Shown here: piece after piece, positions 1 to 7,859 of the stretch
Numbering within the stretch: position 1 is the stretch's first letter
Layout of the letters: each line of letters opens with the position of its first letter
DNA from: Rickettsiales bacterium
GTDB taxonomy: Bacteria > Pseudomonadota > Alphaproteobacteria > Rickettsiales > JALZUV01
Length of the DNA: 61,671 bases
NCBI GenBank assembly: GCA_023301245.1
Contig: JALZUV010000044.1
Coordinates: 1-61,671 of the forward strand
Direction: 5' to 3'
Program-made: the position numbers and the translations under genes
The notes under the pieces: generated by a model
Told to the model about the DNA's origin: nothing
What the model saw: the letters and a program-made list of their open reading frames with translations, nothing else
The model's database searches: none

Positions 1-118
1 TGCCTACCGTCACACCCAAGGACCCGCCTAACCACAGCCCTAACATGGCACGTAAAAACAGAAACAGTGTATGGCCCAAAAAGCCACTTCCCGTACACAT
101 GAGACCGAAGGAAGAGTA

Positions 119-403
119 ATGTCAAACCCACGCGCCGCACACCGTATGACCGAGCTGGAAGCTGCACTCGCAAAGATAGCTATGCTCGGGGGAAACCTAC
201 CTGACGAACGCCTGACAAGTAGGACGGGACCGAACGATGCCGTAAGCCGCGGCCTTATGGTCACAGCCGCAAGGGAGATCGCATTGAATGCCTTATCGCA
301 CTCTAACAAAAGCCCCCTATTAAAAACAAAGGACGACCCCATGCCTGAGCGTATAGGGGAACTCATTGCACACATAAAAAGGATGCAAGATGCTAATAAC
401 TAA
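119..403 (+). CDS. hypothetical protein (ORF track 71..403; ATG 119 preferred)
   Basis: Open frame 71..403. The in-frame ATG at 119 is preceded by GAAGGAAGAG (SD-like). No recognisable motif. Confidence 0.45.
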   Translation: MSNPRAAHRMTELEAALAKIAMLGGNLPDERLTSRTGPNDAVSRGLMVTAAREIALNALSHSNKSPLLKTKDDPMPERIGELIAHIKRMQDANN

Positions 404-998
404 CTGGACGCAGTACGTATATGACTGCTCTATTCAACGGTGTATCAGCGGGTACAAACAAGAGGTATCTCATTGGAGCGGCCAACAGTGGTTTAATGCA
501 ACGGGCGGAGAGATTGGGGAACTATCCAACGTCGTTAAGAAAATGAACCGACACGTTAACAATTACGCAGGCAACGACAAGACCGCTACCTTAGCTGACT
601 ATCGCTTGTACCTTATAGACGAAGTGGCCGATGTCTACCTATACCTTGTCTTATGCCAAGCCTCCCTAGCCGAGTACAACGCCAACTTCCTAGACCTATC
701 CAACATAAGCATGACAGCCGCGTTAGATGCGTTCCCCGAGAGCTACGGCCAAGGACGAAAGAATTTACTAAACATGGAATTCCAAGTATCGGAGCTTATG
801 ATTGTGAACGGGAAATGCTTAGAGATTATTCTGGTAGGGGAAGAGCAAATGAAAGCCGATATAATGCGTGAGCACATGAAGCACATAACGGAAGCTTTAG
901 TTAAGCTATCGCGTATGGCGCAGTTCGACATAAAGGAAGCTGTAAAGGACAAATTCAATAAAACGTCCGTTAAGATAAACAGCAAAGTACGCATATAG
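390..998 (+). CDS. mazG: MazG-like nucleoside-triphosphate pyrophosphohydrolase
   Basis: GEIGELSNVVKK ... LIDEVADVYLYLV resembles the EXXE...EXXD metal-binding helices of all-alpha MazG-type NTP-PPases. Confidence 0.55.
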   Translation: MLITNWTQYVYDCSIQRCISGYKQEVSHWSGQQWFNATGGEIGELSNVVKKMNRHVNNYAGNDKTATLADYRLYLIDEVADVYLYLVLCQASLAEYNANFLDLSNISMTAALDAFPESYGQGRKNLLNMEFQVSELMIVNGKCLEIILVGEEQMKADIMREHMKHITEALVKLSRMAQFDIKEAVKDKFNKTSVKINSKVRI

Positions 999-999
999 C

Positions 1000-1028
1000 T
1001 TGCCGTCTTCGCAAACGTTTGCTATATT
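1000..1028 (+). promoter_or_regulatory. sigma70-like promoter TTGCCG-17-TATATT with the palindrome in the spacer
   Basis: -35 at 1000-1005 and -10 at 1023-1028. TGCTATATT also reads as an extended -10. Confidence 0.45.
1011..1022. repeat. GCAAACGTTTGC palindrome copy 1 (intergenic, in promoter spacer)
   Basis: Exact 12/12 match; flanks tc/ta. Confidence 0.95.
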
Positions 1029-1080
1029 AACTTACGAACCGCGAAACGGCAAACCTGCTTAATACGCTAAAGGATAAAGC

Positions 1081-1419
1081 ATGACTTTCGACAATTTTCC
1101 TATTACCCAGAACGACACTAATCGGATTACGCCCCCTGTCAAACTCGTGCACAACATATACCAGCATTGGCGCAATAAAAAATACTACATCATTGACGAC
1201 TTCGCTTGGAACGGCGACGACGATACGTGGATGGTGGTTCACCGCGAGGTAGAGAACTTCGAAGGTACGGGAGCCATGGTAACGGGCAAGCGCATCTTCG
1301 TGAGATCAGTTCCGAACTTCTTCGGGGACGTAGCGGGACGCGGGGACAAGGCGGGGACCTTAATCAAGCGCAACGAATTACGTCTAGACGCCAACGGACA
1401 GAAACCGACCACAGCGTGA
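1081..1419 (+). CDS. hypothetical protein
   Basis: 112-aa ORF with AAAGGATAAAGC upstream of the ATG. No motif recognised. Confidence 0.5.
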   Translation: MTFDNFPITQNDTNRITPPVKLVHNIYQHWRNKKYYIIDDFAWNGDDDTWMVVHREVENFEGTGAMVTGKRIFVRSVPNFFGDVAGRGDKAGTLIKRNELRLDANGQKPTTA

Positions 1420-1423
1420 AACT

Positions 1424-1903
1424 ATGTCAAATATAAACAACCACATTCTCGTACCTGTGATAGACGCGGAAAACGTAGGCCCTATAACCAGCTTTGAATT
1501 TAACAAAACCGTAAAGGCACATGATGCGGTCATGCTACCCGCGTATCAGGTCAAAGGCTTCGGACGGTCTTTAAAGTGGGGTCGGGCATCTCTTATACTA
1601 CACGGAGATAGCGATTTCCTAGGTCGGGTATTATCAACCACAGCGCGCGTACGAGACCAAGGGCAAATACCTTACGGTTATGTTATGTGCGAACATTCTT
1701 TACGGTCCCTTAGGCGTGACGCTTGGGGAGCTGTAACCTACGGACCCAACGCAGACCAAGTTAACCTCATGGGGTTGCCCGTCGAGACTATACGCAACAT
1801 GCGCTTCCCACAGATCGTTGTCTTACACAGCAACAGACCAAAAGACCTTAACCGCGATAACGTGGAAGCGGAGAGAAGGATAATACAAGATGTACGTCGA
1901 TGA
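1424..1903 (+). CDS. hypothetical protein
   Basis: 159-aa ORF, tightly packed after the previous gene. Confidence 0.5.
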   Translation: MSNINNHILVPVIDAENVGPITSFEFNKTVKAHDAVMLPAYQVKGFGRSLKWGRASLILHGDSDFLGRVLSTTARVRDQGQIPYGYVMCEHSLRSLRRDAWGAVTYGPNADQVNLMGLPVETIRNMRFPQIVVLHSNRPKDLNRDNVEAERRIIQDVRR

Positions 1904-2225
1904 ACTAGCCGCCCTACGCTATGTACGAAACGATGTAAGCGCGGGGAGGTGGACCCAAAACGCATTTGCCCGAACCCGTACGGGACGGAAAGTAAAAACC
2001 TTCGACAGGTTAGCCATTAAGTGGTGCCTATCCTCCCTCATATACCTGCACACCAAAAATGACTTACCGTCCCGCAGGTGGCTAGTACACGCGGTGACCA
2101 ACGAAATACAGAGAGTTCACAAGGGAAGATACACCTCTATACAAGAGTTCAACGATAGCGTAGAAACGACCTTGCAGGATTTACAGAATATCCTAGCAAA
2201 CGTTTGCAAAGCTATGGAGCCTTAA
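1890..2225 (+). CDS. hypothetical protein
   Basis: 111-aa ORF overlapping the previous stop by 14 nt. Carries a palindrome copy 18 nt before its stop. Confidence 0.5.
   Translation: MYVDELAALRYVRNDVSAGRWTQNAFARTRTGRKVKTFDRLAIKWCLSSLIYLHTKNDLPSRRWLVHAVTNEIQRVHKGRYTSIQEFNDSVETTLQDLQNILANVCKAMEP
2196..2207. repeat. palindrome copy 2 (in CDS, 18 nt before stop; read as ANVC)
   Basis: Exact match. Confidence 0.95.
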
Positions 2226-2226
2226 C

Positions 2227-2844
2227 ATGTATGAACTAAACTTTCCCGTCCAACCCCACTTCGCAGAGGGCCTAGGCGGTTTCGCATCAGGTACTTATTG
2301 GAAGCACCCGCAATGGGGCATCTGGGTATCAGCCCTTCACGTCTACGTACAGCAAGAACGAAAGCTGCCTCCTTTCATTAGGCGCAACGCCGAGGTAGCC
2401 GAGGGTATTATCGACACGGTGCTTTATGGAGGCATCTCCCCAGCGGCAGACAAACCACGGGAGCCTATTATAGGAGAACGTTGCTATGTCTTCGGAGCAC
2501 CAGAGCAATCGGTTGCCATCCAGCGTCGTGTTGCTACTGTTTACCATAAGCGGAACCAGACGGCACCAGACGCGGACTTCACGGTCCCGACGTGGATTGC
2601 AGAGATTGACGAACTCCCCACACCCATCCCTACCTTCAATAGCGAGGCGGGATTGCAGTACCAGCCCGTAACGCAAGGCATGTCTGGCGGGCCTGTCGTC
2701 GCGGAAGACGGAACACTACTCGGCGTACTCGTGGGGCAAGGTAGCCCGTTCGATAGAGACCAAGACGGGGATATGGACCAGTTCTTTGAATTTCATTCTA
2801 CAGCTCAAATATTCGAGGTCTTCGGACCCGACCTGATCGCCTAG
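2227..2844 (+). CDS. trypsin-like (S1 family) serine protease
   Basis: GMSGGPVVAEDGTLLGVLVG matches the GDSGGP-type active-site serine block followed by the G-x-L-x-G-V strand of chymotrypsin-fold proteases. Confidence 0.5.
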   Translation: MYELNFPVQPHFAEGLGGFASGTYWKHPQWGIWVSALHVYVQQERKLPPFIRRNAEVAEGIIDTVLYGGISPAADKPREPIIGERCYVFGAPEQSVAIQRRVATVYHKRNQTAPDADFTVPTWIAEIDELPTPIPTFNSEAGLQYQPVTQGMSGGPVVAEDGTLLGVLVGQGSPFDRDQDGDMDQFFEFHSTAQIFEVFGPDLIA

Positions 2845-2845
2845 C

Positions 2846-3454
2846 ATGGCCATTCGTAAGCGTAGACTACTTCGCAAGAAGCCTTTAAAGCGCGTCATAG
2901 AGGACATAGATATTCAAAGGGTACTAAGACCCCCTATCTATCGCAAGACGACAATACGCAGTGCACAATTCAGCGAGTGCTACAGATACCGTTATGGCTT
3001 GCTTGTCCAATGGGACGACTATAAGCCCATAATGGTATGGTGCATGCTGAACCCATCCACGGCAGACGAGGACAAGAACGACCCAACGATTGAGCGTTGC
3101 GAACGTCGTGCAAGGAAAGCGGGATACGGGGGGATATACATACTGAATATATTCGCCTTCCGTGCCACGGACCCGAAGGACATGAAGGTAGCCTCAGACC
3201 CCCAAGGGTACTATAACGACCTAACCATTGTCAGTGTTATACAAACCTACTGCGACCTAAACACCACGAAGCAAAACATAAACGTGCATTGTGGCTGGGG
3301 AACCCACGGGTCTTATCGCGGACGAGGAAAAGAAGTCTTGGGTATAATAAAGCAAATGGGGGCTATCCCCGTATGTCTTACACAAAATGCTAACGGGTCC
3401 CCTAAACATCCGCTATACTGCTCTTACGAATTAAACTTTAAACCCATGGAATAA
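2846..3454 (+). CDS. DUF1643 family protein
   Basis: RYRYGLLVQWDD...IMVWCMLNPSTADEDKNDPTIERCERRARKAGYGGIYILNIFAFRATDP is the characteristic DUF1643 (PF07799) core. The N-terminus MAIRKRRLLRKKPLKR is polybasic. Confidence 0.8.
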   Translation: MAIRKRRLLRKKPLKRVIEDIDIQRVLRPPIYRKTTIRSAQFSECYRYRYGLLVQWDDYKPIMVWCMLNPSTADEDKNDPTIERCERRARKAGYGGIYILNIFAFRATDPKDMKVASDPQGYYNDLTIVSVIQTYCDLNTTKQNINVHCGWGTHGSYRGRGKEVLGIIKQMGAIPVCLTQNANGSPKHPLYCSYELNFKPME

Positions 3455-3457
3455 CTT

Positions 3458-3733
3458 ATGACTGATACCTTATACGTCCCTGCTAGCGCTGTCTTCTACA
3501 AGGCAGAGGTAAACCCCCATATGTGGGAGAGCCTAGAGCTATCGGACTTTCTAAAATGGCGAGGGAAAGACGCCGAACTATATGTAGACGGTTCCAGCCA
3601 AGCTAAGTGCGCGTCGGGAGATACCCTATATATATTAACGGTCAGCTTACACAAACAAGTCCCCCCAACAATGTTTTACAGCCATGACTTATCTCTACTA
3701 AATGACGCTGTAAAAACGCTGGAAAAAGGCTAA
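3458..3733 (+). CDS. hypothetical protein
   Basis: 91-aa ORF, tightly packed. Confidence 0.5.
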   Translation: MTDTLYVPASAVFYKAEVNPHMWESLELSDFLKWRGKDAELYVDGSSQAKCASGDTLYILTVSLHKQVPPTMFYSHDLSLLNDAVKTLEKG

Positions 3734-3773
3734 CGACACGGGGGGTTTACACGCCGTCTTCTTTACCCTAATA

Positions 3774-3818
3774 AGGCCACATAGTAATTGACTAATAAGC
3801 CTCGGTAGTATGTGGCCT
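3774..3818 (+). promoter_or_regulatory. 10-bp inverted repeat AGGCCACATA-N25-TATGTGGCCT enclosing ATG 3810
   Basis: Arms at 3774-3783 and 3809-3818. Confidence 0.5.
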
Positions 3819-4226
3819 GTAATAACCTCACATGTAAAACTACTGGAAATTCTGATGTTTGATACACAATTTATTGGCGCAGCCGCCGTTGTCCTCTTCG
3901 CTTGGTTAGGTATGGAGATGCACATACCCGACAGCTTCCCGCTAGTGGCGGCGGCGACACTAGGCTCTTTATCCTCCGCTACGATACGAATACAAGAAGG
4001 TTATATAAAAGGGTTCTGGCCTACCCTACTAGCCTTCATTACTGGGCTAGCTTTTGGGTGGTTCGTGGGGAAGAACATAGGACCTCTAGTAGGATTTGAC
4101 GGAACTGCATTGGCACTGCCCATCTTCATAACAGCTACCTTTGGCGCAAAAGCAGTACATTACTTATCCACTAAATTTGACATAGCATCGGTTATAGATG
4201 GTATAGCTATCAGGCTTAAAAAATAG
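3810..4226 (+). CDS. multi-pass membrane protein (possible holin; start may be 3855)
   Basis: 3-4 hydrophobic helices (FIGAAAVVLFAWLGM, FPLVAAATLGSLS, FWPTLLAFITGLAFGWFVG, ALALPIFITATFGA). ATG 3810 is buried in a 10-bp inverted repeat. Confidence 0.5.
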   Translation: MWPVITSHVKLLEILMFDTQFIGAAAVVLFAWLGMEMHIPDSFPLVAAATLGSLSSATIRIQEGYIKGFWPTLLAFITGLAFGWFVGKNIGPLVGFDGTALALPIFITATFGAKAVHYLSTKFDIASVIDGIAIRLKK

Positions 4227-4237
4227 CAAACGTTTGC
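4226..4237. repeat. palindrome copy 3 (starts on last base of stop codon)
   Basis: Exact match. Confidence 0.95.
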
Positions 4238-4256
4238 TTAGTAACTTTTAAACTAC

Positions 4257-4285
4257 TTGCATAACTAAATCACATACGGTATCTT
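4257..4285 (+). promoter_or_regulatory. sigma70-like promoter TTGCAT-17-TATCTT upstream of the XRE gene
   Basis: Hexamers read directly from the sequence. 23 nt upstream of ATG 4309. Confidence 0.4.
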
Positions 4286-4308
4286 AGCTTATAAACTAAG
4301 GAACGAAT

Positions 4309-4551
4309 ATGTCACGTATGTCACAACTCAACGAAGCCGATAAACTCCTTGGAGCACGGGTCCGTAAACAACGTGAAATCGCGGGCATGACTATGCAAGC
4401 TCTCGCAGACACCATAGGCAAAACGCAGCCTTACATCTCTCGCCTAGAGGCGGGAAAATATAAACTCAAACTAACGATGGCGGCAAAGATCGCTAAAGCA
4501 TTAGGTGTAACTCTCGACGAACTAGCAGAACCGATAATGGAGCTAACATGA
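4309..4551 (+). CDS. XRE-family helix-turn-helix transcriptional regulator
   Basis: LGARVRKQREIAGMTMQALADTIGKTQPYISRLEAGKYKLKLTMAAKIAKALGV is a canonical HTH_3 (Cro/C1-type) domain. Confidence 0.9.
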   Translation: MSRMSQLNEADKLLGARVRKQREIAGMTMQALADTIGKTQPYISRLEAGKYKLKLTMAAKIAKALGVTLDELAEPIMELT

Positions 4552-4856
4552 GCAAGTACCGTATTAAGACATTCTCAAACAAACGTGACCAACACGAACG
4601 GGAGTACCGATACGTACCCTGTACGGAACTTCACACGATGGCGATAGTCCGCGCTTACCTTGGTATAGCCGACCTAACCTTCGAGATAGAAGATGTAACG
4701 GTTAAAAACCCCTCCTACATACTCGTTGTACCTGACACGCCCGAAACGATATCACTTGGAGCTGTGCTATCACTCGTCAAAAACTGGCCGCTGCAATTGC
4801 AATTAGGCAAGGAACAAAGCCACGTTCTCGTGGAGCTGACGCAAATTCCTGACTAA
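4548..4856 (+). CDS. hypothetical protein, translationally coupled to the XRE gene
   Basis: ATGA start/stop overlap with the XRE gene. 102 aa, no motif. Confidence 0.5.
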   Translation: MSKYRIKTFSNKRDQHEREYRYVPCTELHTMAIVRAYLGIADLTFEIEDVTVKNPSYILVVPDTPETISLGAVLSLVKNWPLQLQLGKEQSHVLVELTQIPD

Positions 4857-4931
4857 AAGCCCATTGCGCCCACGGGGCAAATATGCGACTATAACAAATC
4901 ATTACCAGTAACGGCTATTCGGAGACATAAT

Positions 4932-5321
4932 ATGGCCCTCAAGAAACTTAAGAAAAAAGGCCTCAAGAAAAAAGGCGGAAAAAAATCCAAAAAGGCAGCA
5001 CCTGATGCTACCTTCGCAAAAAAACGCGGCAAGTCCGCAAAATCAGACAAGTCACCAGCCCAGACGGAAAAGTCTAAAAAGTTCCACGAACTTATGACGG
5101 GAAAACCAGATAGCCCTAACGATACAGGACGCATGGGAAAGATGCTCGACAGAATGAAGCTCATTCGCAATCTGTCCAACTCAACCAATTATGACTTTAC
5201 GCCAGACGAAGCCGCACAAGTCGTAGCCGCCGTACGGGAACAAGCCGACTTACTCGAAGCTGACTTCGACCCAGATCAAAAGACCACTGTAATCGAGACC
5301 ACCACGTTCGCTTTCGACTAA
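4932..5321 (+). CDS. Lys-rich (histone H1-tail-like N-terminus) protein
   Basis: MALKKLKKKGLKKKGGKKSKKAAPDATFAKKRGKSAKSDKSPAQTEKSKK, followed by an acidic C-terminal half. Confidence 0.55.
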   Translation: MALKKLKKKGLKKKGGKKSKKAAPDATFAKKRGKSAKSDKSPAQTEKSKKFHELMTGKPDSPNDTGRMGKMLDRMKLIRNLSNSTNYDFTPDEAAQVVAAVREQADLLEADFDPDQKTTVIETTTFAFD

Positions 5322-5333
5322 GCAAACGTTTGC
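5322..5333. repeat. palindrome copy 4 (intergenic, starts immediately after the stop codon, 12 nt before next ATG)
   Basis: Exact match; 20-bp palindrome CTAAGCAAACGTTTGCTAAG-like flanks. Confidence 0.95.
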
Positions 5334-5345
5334 TAAGGAACCCCC

Positions 5346-5723
5346 ATGGATAACCCAACTAAAGCAGAAGACACCTTATTCAACAGTATAGCTTTCTGGC
5401 TTTGCTTAATAGCTGGTCATAGTTTAGCGTTCTTCATGGGGGTTCAGTACGAAAGCACGACCAAGGCGATTGCCGACGAGCCTGCCGAAATAGAGAAAAC
5501 ACTCACACTACCCGCAGTGCAATACTACTACCTTAGCGAAGGGTCTGTATTAAGCGCGGTACGCAGCGAGGGTATGACTGTAGGGGAATGCCTCGGTAAC
5601 TCTATACACCTCACCCAAGGGCCAAGAGAGATCAACATAACCTTTGATGATAGTGTGGCTTATGACGCTGACTTCACTGGACCCCTCGCTTTCGTTAGCT
5701 GCCACGTCAAGCAAGACAAATGA
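5346..5723 (+). CDS. membrane-anchored protein
   Basis: N-terminal TM helix FNSIAFWLCLIAGHSLAFFMGV. SD TAAGGAA upstream. Confidence 0.5.
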   Translation: MDNPTKAEDTLFNSIAFWLCLIAGHSLAFFMGVQYESTTKAIADEPAEIEKTLTLPAVQYYYLSEGSVLSAVRSEGMTVGECLGNSIHLTQGPREINITFDDSVAYDADFTGPLAFVSCHVKQDK

Positions 5724-6103
5724 CACCTTCGGAAGTCCTAAACGCATCTAACGTATTCGTGGGAGAGGACCCCAAACGGGAAAAACTCACGGCTATCTAC
5801 CCTATCATGGAGTACGGCCTAGCAGATAAAAAGATATCTAGCGGTATGGGAGCCTTGTTCTCCCTTTGCGAACACGTAGAGCTAAATTACGACCAACTGA
5901 TATCCCTACATCAAACATTCTCGGAAGGGGACGCGGGCCTTACCTACGCAGTCTTACGCGCATATGATATAGGATACTCACCATTGTCTACGCTAAAGAC
6001 AATGGTCGAAACGAAAGACTACTCTTCAATAGACCAAGAAAAACTATGGAGCTTTATAAATGCTGTACTCCCATCCATCGGACGAGACCTCGCCGTACAC
6101 TAA
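5720..6103 (+). CDS. hypothetical protein
   Basis: 127-aa ORF with a 4-nt overlap on the previous gene. Confidence 0.5.
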   Translation: MTPSEVLNASNVFVGEDPKREKLTAIYPIMEYGLADKKISSGMGALFSLCEHVELNYDQLISLHQTFSEGDAGLTYAVLRAYDIGYSPLSTLKTMVETKDYSSIDQEKLWSFINAVLPSIGRDLAVH

Positions 6104-6167
6104 GCCAGCCTTATTCTTTATGACTACGCCTATACTTTCATTCAACACAGTGTACGAGGGGACTACT

Positions 6168-6848
6168 ATGTCAGACAACAAGCCGGAGGGCGATATACTC
6201 TTGTTCAATACTGGTGGGGTAATGCACACAGACCAAGACCCTCGGGCCATAGTAAAGCTAACGCCGTCACATAGCGGACGCTTCGCACAGAACCCAGAAT
6301 ATATTATAGCGCACTATACCGCAGGCGGGACCATAACAGGCACGGTACGACGGTTCCTAAACCAGCAGAAGCCAAGGGCGTCAGCACACTTCGTCATAGG
6401 GCGTAAAGGCGAAATAGTTCAAATGCTTTCTCTAGATCACATAGGCTGGCATGCAGGTCGGTCTACTCACAGGGACAAAGACACGGGAGACCTACTGCAC
6501 GGGATGAACAAGTATTCCATCGGTATTGAGTTCGGAAACTGGGGTTACCTGCACAAGCAACCTGACGGGACTTTCCGCACGGACGTAGGTAGCAAATATT
6601 ACGGCACAGACGTTCACGAGCAGTACCAGCACGGACGACACTTTTGGGAGCCTTACACCAACGCGCAGATAGAGGCGGGCCTACGCGTCACGCGGTCTAT
6701 CGACTACTACTTCAACGGGCGGATTAAAGACGTGCTACATCACAGCGACATAGCCCCTAACCGAAAGTCCGATGCGGGACCCGCGTTCCCTATTGAGCGG
6801 TTTAAGGGTACGGTAGACGACCGAGCGTCCATGTATGGTATCGTTTAA
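6168..6848 (+). CDS. N-acetylmuramoyl-L-alanine amidase (Amidase_2/PGRP-type endolysin)
   Basis: IIAHYTAGG...ASAHFVIGRKGEIVQM...IGWHAG...YSIGIEFGNWG...HHSDIAPNRKSDAGPAFP matches T7-lysozyme/PGRP amidase blocks. ATG 6168 has a GAGGGG SD; the ORF is also open from 6060 and 6120. Confidence 0.8.
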   Translation: MSDNKPEGDILLFNTGGVMHTDQDPRAIVKLTPSHSGRFAQNPEYIIAHYTAGGTITGTVRRFLNQQKPRASAHFVIGRKGEIVQMLSLDHIGWHAGRSTHRDKDTGDLLHGMNKYSIGIEFGNWGYLHKQPDGTFRTDVGSKYYGTDVHEQYQHGRHFWEPYTNAQIEAGLRVTRSIDYYFNGRIKDVLHHSDIAPNRKSDAGPAFPIERFKGTVDDRASMYGIV

Positions 6849-6854
6849 TAACTA

Positions 6855-6866
6855 GCAAACGTTTGC
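6855..6866. repeat. palindrome copy 5 (intergenic after amidase)
   Basis: Exact match. Confidence 0.95.
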
Positions 6867-6904
6867 AAAATCGGGTAATCTCCACGAAACAGCGGAGCTA
6901 CCCC

Positions 6905-7552
6905 ATGCCTATCAAAAAGCGCAAAGCGCAAGATCAAACTCTCATACACCCCATGCTTAGGCAGGGACGGAAAACAGCAATACTCTACAGGTATATCGCA
7001 GCCACAGGGGAAAAGGGCACCACGTCTTGGCACCTAAAGCAACAGCCTGTCTTTCACCCGCAGTTACTAGCCGACCTCATAAATGAGGGCCTTGTATCCA
7101 AGCACGACCAGCCACCTAGCGTAAGTCCGTACAAACTATATACCGCCAACAAACATGCTGAGAGCTTAACACAGCGTGTAGAGATACAGATACAGGTTGA
7201 GGTCTACGAAAACGAGAACGGAATGATAGGAGTACGCTGCTCACCTATGGACACCCTAACGAACATAGTAAGCGACGGCGCGCTGCATATTCACTCAAAA
7301 ACACTTAAGTTCAAATTGCCTCGCAGATGCGAGAGTGCAGGGACAAAAGTCTTCGGAAAAGTTAAGCTTGACGACGAGGCCGAATTGTTAGATGGTATAG
7401 TAATTATCAAATCATCTGGCGACTTTAAAGCGCCACAAGTTATCGAAGGCGTTGCGTCTAGGAAGGTAAAAAGTGAAGCTTTCAGTGTTCGGCATACGAA
7501 ACTTGAGGGGCCAGCCATACGGGGACTACTCACATACAGTCCAAGTAATTAA
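6905..7552 (+). CDS. hypothetical protein, possible winged-helix DNA-binding N-terminus
   Basis: Starts MPIKKRKAQ with a GGAG SD. RQGRKTAILYRYIAATGEKGTTSWHL...LINEGLV looks wHTH-like (weak). Confidence 0.45.
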   Translation: MPIKKRKAQDQTLIHPMLRQGRKTAILYRYIAATGEKGTTSWHLKQQPVFHPQLLADLINEGLVSKHDQPPSVSPYKLYTANKHAESLTQRVEIQIQVEVYENENGMIGVRCSPMDTLTNIVSDGALHIHSKTLKFKLPRRCESAGTKVFGKVKLDDEAELLDGIVIIKSSGDFKAPQVIEGVASRKVKSEAFSVRHTKLEGPAIRGLLTYSPSN

Positions 7553-7832
7553 GGATTATGCCTTCGCTAGCAGCATTGTATGTGGCGGGGGCATAGGGGT
7601 AGAAGAGTTAGCAGCTCGATACGCAAACGAGTTCAAAGTACCCTTAGAGGTAAAGCCTCCAAACATTCAGAGGTACGGAAACCCTAAGAGGGCCTTCCAC
7701 GTTCGCAACGAAAACATCATAGATATGTCTGACGCCGTGCTCATAATCACGGACAGCGTAAAGCCCATATACGTCGAAGTAATAAACCACGCCTTGAAGA
7801 AAGGCATCCCTGTATTTATACGGACCATCTAA
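7473..7832 (+). CDS. DUF2493 (SLOG superfamily) protein
   Basis: MKLSVFG...IVCGGGIGVEELAARYANEFKVPLEVKPPNIQRYGNPKRAFHVRNENIIDMSDAVLIITDS...ALKKGIPVFI follows the DUF2493 pattern. GTG start with AGGAAGG SD; overlaps the upstream gene by 80 nt. Confidence 0.55.
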   Translation: MKLSVFGIRNLRGQPYGDYSHTVQVIKDYAFASSIVCGGGIGVEELAARYANEFKVPLEVKPPNIQRYGNPKRAFHVRNENIIDMSDAVLIITDSVKPIYVEVINHALKKGIPVFIRTI

Positions 7833-7859
7833 ACCTGTAATTTGCCACTTGGAGTAACC

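Noticed and set aside
43-56. The 14-mer ACATGGCACGTAAA is present at 43-56 and 61256-61269, which could be read as a terminal repeat.
   Set aside because: Several chance 14-mer coincidences are expected in a 61.7-kb self-comparison. The flanks do not match. It simply reflects two ORFs starting MARK.
71-118. Upstream mini-ORF at 46..120 (MARKNRNSVWPKKPLPVHMRPKEE) and the 71 start for the first gene.
   Set aside because: No SD for either. ATG 119 has a good SD. The mini-ORF is too short to support.
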